A DNA stretch of 7,162 nt from Octopus sinensis (taxonomy: Eukaryota): positions 1 through 7,162 of the forward strand of contig NW_021828919.1 in NCBI RefSeq assembly GCF_006345805.1, read 5' to 3'. Under the pieces are notes generated by a model that saw only the letters and a list, made by a program, of their open reading frames with translations, did no database searches and was not told the DNA's origin. How positions within the stretch are numbered: the first letter of the stretch is position 1; every line of letters begins with the position of its first letter. The translations under genes and the position numbers were made by a program. Shown here piece after piece: positions 1 to 5,788 of this stretch.

Positions 1-97
1 AAGAAAATTGGGAATGTCTATCCTTATATGATGCATAGATACCAGTGAAATATGTCCTGTGTGTCACATGTAATACACAGTGCAGGCAAAGGGTTAA
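1..97. mobile_element. Right-hand part of a piggyBac-type MITE (copy 1, left part outside the window)
   Basis: Ends in CAGGCAAAGGG (83-93) followed by TTAA (94-97). This is the reverse complement of CCCTTTG(G)CCTG at 125-136. A TTAA target with CCCT termini is the piggyBac signature. It shares exact 12-mers GGAATGTCTATC (11-22 vs 272-283) and GAAATATGTCCT (47-58 vs 322-333) with copy 2. Confidence 0.6.
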
Positions 98-120
98 GCC
101 AGCTAATCTTATTTAACTAT

Positions 121-373
121 TTAACCCTTTGGCCTGTCCAAAGCATTTTCATAAGTTTGTCTTAAATCCCCGTGTTTGTCTTCAGACTTTTAACCAGCCC
201 TTGTTTCATAAGTTCTAAATAATATTAAGCTTTCGTAAGGCCCAAGTTAGTTTGGTTGTTGAAAGAAATGCGGAATGTCTATCATATATTCAGGGATATA
301 TATAGATTCAGGGACTTCAGGGAAATATGTCCTTTGTATCATATCTGATACACAAAATAAGCAAAAACGTTAA
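121..373. mobile_element. piggyBac-type MITE (copy 2, ~250 bp, right TIR decayed)
   Basis: Starts TTAA-CCCTTTGGCCTG (121-136) and ends GCAAAAACG-TTAA (361-373), a decayed version of the copy 1 end GCAAAGGG-TTAA. Bases 263-373 align with 1-97. No coding capacity. Confidence 0.6.
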
Positions 374-410
374 AGTAATGAAAACAACCATATATGGGAG
401 CACTATAACA

Positions 411-588
411 CAGCAAGTAACATTTCAGCAAGTGCGACAACTTAGCAAGCACTTGCTGATTTGAGACAATTGCTATATTGACGGGACTTGGTGAGTTGGG
501 CGCTTGCCGAAATTGGGGACTTGTTTAGTTCGTACTTGCTATGTTAGTGCTTGCTAAGCTGTGGCACTTGCTCGAATGTTACTTGCTG
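411..588. mobile_element. Foldback/MITE-like element with 43-bp inverted arms and an internal ~16-bp-period motif array
   Basis: 411-453 (CAGCAAGTAACATTTCAGCAAGTGCGACAACTTAGCAAGCACT) matches the reverse complement of 546-588 at 39/43. The AGCAAG/CTTGCT-type motif occurs 3 times forward and about 9 times reversed. No TSD found, so the mobile-element label is inferred. Confidence 0.65.
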
Positions 589-597
589 AGGATTGAG

Positions 598-744
598 TGT
601 GATCCAATCCGACTGCATGGCAACTTGGGAAAATGTCTTCTATTATACTTCAGGCTGACCAAAGCCTTGTGTGATGATGCGGCAGACGGAAACTGAAAGA
701 AGCCCTTCGTATATGTATATATGTATGTGTGTGCGTGTATTTGT
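598..744 (+). mobile_element. tRNA-derived SINE, 5'-truncated body fragment (octopus-type), running into its internal TA/TG tract
   Basis: GACTGCATGGCAACTTGGGAAAATGTCTTCTATTATA...GACCAAAGCCTTGTG...GACGGAAACTGAAAGAAGCCC matches the body of an abundant octopus SINE as I recall it. The CTTGGG(C)AA motif is CORE-SINE-like. Family name not assigned. Confidence 0.75.
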
Positions 745-785
745 TTATTAATGATCAAAACAGGTAAAAATATATTTATATACAA

Positions 786-849
786 GCGTGGCTGTGTGAT
801 AACTGTTCCTCCTAACCACATGATTCCAGGTTCAATCCCATGGGAGCAC
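786..849 (+). mobile_element. tRNA-related SINE head fragment
   Basis: A-box-like TGGCTGTGTGA and B-box GGTTCAATCCC (829-839) at tRNA-like spacing. GCGTGGCTGTGTG...AACCACATGATTCCAGGTTCA resembles the head of the same SINE family as 598-744. Confidence 0.65.
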
Positions 850-891
850 TACAAGTGAACAAGTTATATTTCATATTGTGAAGTGAAGTGA

Positions 892-993
892 CATCTTTCG
901 GATTCGATAAAATAAATACCAGTTAAATATAGGGGTCGATGTCATCGACTTGCCCCTTCATTCAAAATTGCTGGCCTTGAGCTAAAATCAGAA
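892..993 (+). mobile_element. 3' body of a second octopus-type SINE family
   Basis: CATCTTTCGGATTCGATAAAATAAATACCAG...GGGGTCGATGTCATCGACTTGCCCC...CAAAATTGCTGGCCTTG matches a second recalled octopus SINE. It contains the GTCGAT-GTC-ATCGAC hairpin (935-949). Confidence 0.7.
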
Positions 994-1074
994 TGAGTTC
1001 TAAGTGACCAACTGTTACATAGACACATGGACACTTAATGTAATCAGAAGGAATTACTGTGATCCAGTGTGTAT

Positions 1075-1395
1075 CAAGAGTACCCTTTCAAAGAAGTGTA
1101 CCCTTTTAAACGAGGGTGGCCTTTTAAACAAGAATGCCGTTTTAAACAAGTGTACCCCTTTTAAACAAGTGTACCCTTTTAAACAAGTGTGCCCTTTTAA
1201 GAAGGGTATCCTTTTAAACAAGAAAACCATTTTAAACAAGGTAACCCTTTAAACAAGTGTACCCTTTTAAACAAGAATACCGTTTTAAACAAGGGTACCC
1301 TCTTAAACAAGAGTACCCTCTTAAACAAGAGTACCCTTTTAAACAAGAGTACTCTTTTAAATGAGAGTATTCTTTTAAACAATGTGTTACTCTAA
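1075..1395. repeat. 18-bp minisatellite, 17 units plus a decayed 18th, consensus CAAG(T/A/G)GTACCCTTTTAAA
   Basis: Units parsed directly, starting at 1075, 1093, 1111, 1129, 1147, 1166, 1184, 1201, 1219, 1237, 1254, 1272, 1290, 1308, 1326, 1344, 1362 and 1380. Lengths are 17-19 bp for the 17 full units, with no unique spacers. Confidence 0.95.
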
Positions 1396-1438
1396 CAACG
1401 GTACCACTACCAAGAAAGCACCATCACCTCTATTAGGA

Positions 1439-1853
1439 ATCATCATTTTTATTCGGAAATGAACAAACAAGTTTTTTTTTTTTTTTCGTCGAGTTGTAAC
1501 GAACGATGAGAAACAGATAATCTATACCAACAATACACGTAAGAAGCGGTGACTATCACCAAACGGAAATCCAATTCCGACATCGAAGCCAGATCTTACT
1601 GTTTGGTGAGACACAATAGATATTACTCACTACGAATTAGTGAAACAAACGTAAAAGCATCATCATTTTGAACGTGCCGTTGAAGTTTTGCTCAGAATGA
1701 GACGAGCTCAGGTCAAAAGGAAAGGAGGCATCGTGCAATATGAGGATACTATAAATATCAAATTATTTTTCTCTTCTAAACAAACTCATTTTTCGTTTTT
1801 TGCTCGAGAAATTAGAAAACTGTTTTAGGTGTAGAAAAAATGTTATTGGTGAA
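1439..1853 (+). pseudogene. Mariner (DD34D) transposase remnant, copy A: first catalytic Asp region to C-terminus with internal deletions
   Basis: Frame +2 from 1487 reads RRVVTNDEKQIIYTNNTRKKR*LSPNGNPIPTSKPDL-TVW*DTIDITHYELVKQT*...HFERAVEVLLRMRRAQVKRKGGIVQYEDTI-//-FFSSKQTHF..AREIRKL. This matches mariner motifs RIVTGDEKW, PKPDL, VWWD..GI.HYELL, RKGVILHHDNA and FF.SK..DFY..GI.KL. Stops at 1550, 1607 and 1652; the first two are TGA at Trp positions. A T15 run lies at 1472-1486. Confidence 0.9.
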
Positions 1854-2157
1854 GTCAAGAGGAAAGCTGTCATCCTGCATCACGATGATGCTATAAGGCC
1901 ACATCCAGTGAAGATGACCCAAGAAAAGATAAATTTATTAGGCTGGGAAGTTCAACCTCACCTTACATATTCACCCAACCAAATACAGATTTTCGTATCT
2001 TCAGATAAACCTGTAAACATTACCACATTCAGAAATAGGGACGACATCGAAACACCACATTTTTTTTTCTCTTCTAATCATCCCGACTTTTATCTTTTGT
2101 TGTTCAAGAAATAAGAAAAACTCATTTCAACGTAGAGAAAATGTTATCGATAACTAA
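1854..2157 (+). pseudogene. Mariner transposase remnant, copy B: second and third catalytic Asp region and C-terminus
   Basis: VKRKAVILHHDDAIRPHPVKMTQEKINLLGWEVQPHLTYSP corresponds to HHDNARPH...LGWEVLPHPPYSPDLAPSD. A shifted frame gives TDFRIFR (third Asp at 1988-1990, 101 nt or ~34 codons after the second Asp at 1884-1886), then FRNRDDIE..FFSSNHPDFY and, after further shifts, EKL and QRRENVIDN*. This explains ORF 1800..2114. Confidence 0.9.
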
Positions 2158-2229
2158 CTACAACGAAGGAATTTTGAAGGAATAAATAATCTCATGATGT
2201 TTCATGCTGATCTGAACTCCTTATATGAA

Positions 2230-2259
2230 ATGCAAAACAGCTATTAGGTATCCCTAATA
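2230..2259 (+). mobile_element. Possible decayed right TIR of the mariner element
   Basis: Ends ...CCCTAATA about 100 bp after the transposase stop, similar to the ...CCTAA+TA end of Hsmar1-type mariners. The rest of the TIR is poorly conserved. Confidence 0.25.
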
Positions 2260-2427
2260 TGTAGAATCTAAAATTCTATAACGACAATGGTTACCTACCA
2301 CGAAAGCTAATAGGAAATTCTAGTTAAGTCTATAAAATTCGGTTATCGTTATATTGTTGGGACGGGAACATTATGCCAAATGTCGTATTTTACGCACATA
2401 CATACACACACACACACATTATAGATA

Positions 2428-2559
2428 TTCTTTTGCTCGTTTTCTTTTACTTGTTTCAGTCCTTTGACTGCGGCCATGATGGAGCACCGCCTTTAGTCGA
2501 GCAAATCGACCCCGGGACTTATTCTTTGTAAGCTAAGTACTTATTCTATTGGTCTCTTT
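2428..2559 (-). mobile_element. SINE 3' end (octopus-type) with short-repeat tail
   Basis: CTTTTACTTGTTTCAGTCCTTTGACTGCGGCCATGATGGAGCACCGCCTTTAGTCGAGCAAATCGACCCC...CTTATTCT is colinear with 4788-4895 in this window and matches the recalled octopus SINE 3' end. Confidence 0.85.
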
Positions 2560-3050
2560 ATACATGTATAGAAATAGATATGAATAGAAACAGATAAAGA
2601 GATATGTATGTGTGTGTTAAGATTCATATATATACATATTTATATATCTATATGTATGTATGCTGTGTGTGCATGTTGTATATATATATATATATATATA
2701 TATATTCATAAATATAAAAATAATGATACGTATCAAAAACTGTACCGAAATACATTAAAAAACATGTATATAAATCGATGTATACACATACATATGTGTG
2801 TGTGTGTGTGTGTGTGCATGTGTATGTTTGTGTATACATATATGTAACTATATATGTACATATATACTTACGTATACATATTATATATATATATATATAT
2901 ATACTCACACACGAGGATACGCACATATTACGTAATGTATTATATCTATGAAAATATTTGTATTGGTAGACGAAAAACATATAGCTGTACACGAATGTAA
3001 AATGTATGTGTGAGTATGTATACGGGTGTATGTGATTACGTATGTTATCC
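2560..3050. repeat. Compound imperfect microsatellite and low-complexity tract: (TA)n, (TG)n, (TATG)n
   Basis: Pure (TA) runs at ~2679-2704 and ~2882-2903, (TG) at ~2794-2816, and degenerate TATG/CATA between them. Confidence 0.9.
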
Positions 3051-3317
3051 ACACGATTCCATCTCCGTGTGTGGGAGATAGAGCGCCTGTAAGAGTGTGA
3101 AATTGTTGCGCATATGTATCAGATAAATTAATGCATATTTCAAAGAGCATGATATGCTCGTATCTGTGTATAGATGCATGAAAACCGCAATTTGGCACTC
3201 GCTTCCTTGAAACATTATGTGAAAAACGCCACACACACTAGCGCGCGGGCGGCCATAAAACCTCCATTCATACATGCACTTAGCAACGCACACACCCGGT
3301 GACACATCTGTACGTAT

Positions 3318-3357
3318 TTTATATATGTATGTATGTATGTATGTATGTAAGTCTGTG

Positions 3358-3388
<31 letters not shown>

Positions 3389-3408
3389 ATGTACATATGC
3401 ATATATAA

Positions 3409-3453
<45 letters not shown>

Positions 3454-3529
3454 CATATATATACATACATACATACATATATATGTATAAATATCTAGAT
3501 ATATGTATTTACATGTTTATTTATATATA

Positions 3530-3570
<41 letters not shown>

Positions 3571-3637
3571 TGCATATATATATATGTCTGATATCTAGAT
3601 ATATGTATTTACGTGTTATATTATATATATATATATA
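3318..3637. repeat. Compound microsatellite: (TATG)n, (TA)n, (CA)n, (CATA)n
   Basis: Directly visible. It includes a 22-bp exact duplication at a 100-bp offset (3491-3512 and 3591-3612). Confidence 0.92.
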
Positions 3638-3656
3638 ACAGAAAGCCAGACAGAAA

Positions 3657-3714
3657 ATAGATAGACCGAGATAGATAGATAGATAGATAGATAGATATAG
3701 ATAGACCGAGATAA

Positions 3715-3801
<87 letters not shown>
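3657..3801. repeat. (GATA)n/(GACA)n compound tetranucleotide microsatellite
   Basis: GATA runs flank a GACA run, with two GACCGA interruptions. Confidence 0.95.
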
Positions 3802-4395
3802 TGATTGACGTCAGAAAATTTGGAAACTTTGAAAGAATGTGATATAATCCTGTTTCTACAACGGGGAAACTTCGAAGTCACAGTCACCTCTCTTCTTGTT
3901 AAAGAATAATAAGGATAATAAATATGTCCTCTACAAAAAGTATTGAGTAATCCTTCAGTTTAACATTACATCATTTTAAATATAACTCTATAGAAAGAAC
4001 CGTGTGTGTGTGTTTTATTTGTAGTGCCTTTCTCTGTCATGTCTGCAGACCTATGAACAGTCACTCTCACCAGCTACGATACGAAATTATAATTGAAAAT
4101 ATAGTATCCAGATAAAATCAGAAATATCCAGAAATGTCTTAGCGTAAAAACTGTGATATATGTAAGTGAACTGACGAAATGCAATTCATATTGGAAACGT
4201 TTCAAGATTTACATTATCAGTCGCATAACATATTGTAAGCAGGACATTCATATCTGGGAATAATTAGAACACCAGTCATAATCAATCAGTGCAGGACCCA
4301 GAGATCAATATGTGTAATAAATGAGACAAACAGATCCTGGCATTTCCATAATGATAACGAGAAACCATGTTGGTCTGGTGTAAGACATTGCTTTG

Positions 4396-4428
4396 TCTCT
4401 CTCTTTCTCTCTCTCCCTCCCTCTCCCT
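4396..4428. repeat. (CT)n/(CCCT)n pyrimidine tract
   Basis: Directly visible. Confidence 0.8.
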
Positions 4429-4509
4429 TGTTTCTCAGGGTGATTGTTCTTAATTTCTGTTAAGCTTGCTACGGAAGGCATAATATCCGAAGCGATACGT
4501 TTCTACTAG

Positions 4510-4615
4510 GCACATAGATAGATACATTGGTAGATAGGAAGATAGAGACAGAGTGAACCAGAGAGAAAGAGACAGACAGACAGATACATAGATTAATAGA
4601 TACATACATATCTGG
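4510..4615. repeat. Degenerate GATA/GACA/GA low-complexity tract
   Basis: Purine-rich imperfect GATA, GACA and GAGA units. Confidence 0.7.
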
Positions 4616-4675
4616 ATAGGAATGCCCCAGCATGGCCTCTGTCTAATGACTGAAATAATTATTAAGACAAAAACG

Positions 4676-4787
4676 ATATATATATATGCATATCTATCTA
4701 TCCATCCATCTATCTGTGTGTATATATATATATATATATATAATTCATGTGTATATATATATATATATATTCATGTGTATATATATA
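4676..4787. repeat. Compound (TA)n/(TCTA)n/(TCCA)n microsatellite with duplicated TTCATGTG(TA)n unit
   Basis: Directly visible. TTCATGTGTATATATAT occurs at 4744 and 4770. Confidence 0.85.
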
Positions 4788-4975
4788 CTTTTTTACTCTT
4801 TTACTTGTTTCAGTCAGTTGACTGCGGAGCACCGCCTTTAGTCAAGCAAATTGACCCCAGGACTTATTTTTTGCAAGCCTAGTACTTATTCTATCGGGGA
4901 CGTAAACACACCAGCATCGGTTGTCAAGCGATGTTGGGGGGACAACGCAAACACACAAACACCCAGACACAACAT
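4788..4975 (-). mobile_element. SINE 3' half (same family as 2428-2559) with two internal deletions, continuing into its CA/TA tract
   Basis: Colinear with 2443-2550. It continues GGGGACGTAAACACACCAGCATCGGTTGTCAAGCGATGTTGGGGGGACA as in the recalled consensus. The tail is TTTTACTCTTTTAC on the plus strand. Confidence 0.88.
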
Positions 4976-5003
4976 ACATATATATATATATATATATATT
5001 ATG

Positions 5004-5072
5004 ATTTGATTTTTTTTTTTTGATTTTTCCAGTTTCAGCTTATGAGCTGTGGCCATGCTGGGGCACCGCCAT
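5004..5072 (-). mobile_element. 3' end of a related SINE subfamily with an A-rich tail
   Basis: GTTTCAGCTTATGAGCTGTGGCCATGCTGGGGCACCGCC (5032-5070) aligns without gaps to 2453-2491. It is preceded on the plus strand by T-rich tail units. Confidence 0.72.
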
Positions 5073-5129
5073 TTGATATATAGATATATATATATAATAT
5101 ATATATATATATATAATATATAGTTGCTT

Positions 5130-5207
5130 AATGTGACCAGGGTGTGAAACCAACTACGTTGCTAGAAATAATAGCAATGGAGTTGTTTTTAACACCCTTG
5201 TCACATT
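5130..5207. other. 78-nt imperfect inverted repeat (35/36-nt arms, 7-nt loop); mini-MITE or pre-miRNA-like hairpin, identity unresolved
   Basis: 5130-5164 matches the reverse complement of 5172-5207 at 30 of 36 alignment columns. The loop is GAAATAA. The confidence applies to the hairpin itself, not to a function. Confidence 0.8.
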
Positions 5208-5439
5208 TCGCGACAAATATAAGTGCCCTTTTGGGTGAACAGCACTGTTTATATCAATCACTATTTTCCTTTCGCTCTGGTCTAACGACCTACCATGTTT
5301 GTTTTCGTTCGTTTTCCTTGTATTTTTTTAATTTTTGTTCCCATTTGTGACTCTCCATAAATGCTAAATTTTATTTTAGAATGTATAGGAGCAACTGTCG
5401 TTGAATGCTCGAAATGAGGAATAGATATATAGTTGACGA

Positions 5440-5576
5440 CTGATGGAAGGTCCTTTCTCTGTGTTCACTTGTCATGTTTTACATGTTTTTCTTGTTTACG
5501 TATTTCACTCGTTTTACTCCTCGTTTCTTTACGTGTTTTATCTTTTACACCGTTGGTGACGTCCTGTACCCATATA
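5440..5576. repeat. T-rich segment resembling an interspersed octopus repeat, class unknown
   Basis: The ends CTGATGGAAGG...CTCTGTGTTCACTTGTC and GTCCTGTACCCATATA resemble a repeat I recall from octopus DNA. There is no second copy in the window to confirm it. Confidence 0.3.
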
Positions 5577-5637
5577 AGCACACACATATATGTGTATATA
5601 TATGTGTGTGTGCGTGTGTTGTGTATGTTTATGTATA

Positions 5638-5788
5638 CGAGGTGGGGCTGTAAAGTTCCTCGCTTTAAGGGGATCGCGAAAATCCTGGTTGGAGACCCAA
5701 CCTTCCGAGTTCTTTTACAGGGCTTGGAAAAACTGAAGGACCGCTACAATAAGCATGTGAATCTCGGATGGGAATATTTGGAATAAAA
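5638..5788 (+). mobile_element. Non-autonomous mariner-type element, left TIR intact and right end missing, carrying a transposase C-terminal remnant
   Basis: TA (5636-5637) then CGAGGTGGGGCTGTAAAGTTCCTCGCT, a mariner-like TIR. It encodes QPSEFF / LQGLEKLKDRYNKHVNLGWEYLE* (stop ending at 5786), similar to the mariner C-terminal motif FF..GI.KL..RW.KC....GEYVE. This explains the tail of ORF 5433..5786. Confidence 0.8.

Noticed and set aside
401-549. CACTA...TAGTG pair suggesting a CACTA transposon
   Set aside because: There is no 3-bp TSD (GAG vs CTT), and the stronger inverted arms extend beyond TAGTG to 588.
579-821. Minus-strand 80-aa ORF
   Set aside because: It lies antisense across SINE fragments and has no recognisable domain.
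1004-1382. ORFs 1004..1252, 1054..1239 and 1197..1382 with hexapeptide repeats (FKRVLL)
   Set aside because: They are by-products of an 18-bp period. The 17- and 19-bp units break frame, which argues against coding constraint.
1075-1395. CRISPR-like array suggested by palindromic repeats
   Set aside because: Units are contiguous 18-mers with no unique spacers, there are no cas genes, and the context is eukaryotic.
2780-3490. Apparent large inverted arrangement of microsatellite blocks around 3051-3317
   Set aside because: (TA)n is self-complementary and (TG)n/(CA)n pair trivially. No unique sequence supports a true inverted repeat.
3806-3813. Perfect CRE palindrome TGACGTCA
   Set aside because: A single 8-mer with no promoter context is compatible with chance.
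2608-3887. ORFs rich in YI/CV/HT and LSIY repeats
   Set aside because: They are translations of (TA)n, (TG)n, (CA)n and (GATA)n microsatellites.
4028-4167. Candidate exon between TGCAG (4048) and GTAAGT (4162)
   Set aside because: All three frames contain stops. A non-coding exon cannot be judged without RNA data.
4391-4438. Strong-looking splice acceptor (long pyrimidine tract plus CAG)
   Set aside because: The tract is a CT microsatellite, all downstream frames stop within eight codons, and there is no convincing donor.
5381-5446. Hammerhead-ribozyme-like pieces (GAGCA/TGCTC stem followed by GAAA, with CTGATGG downstream), as in Penelope-like elements
   Set aside because: The CUGANGA core is missing before the stem and helices I and III cannot be built. 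An Infernal search with Rfam hammerhead models would settle it.
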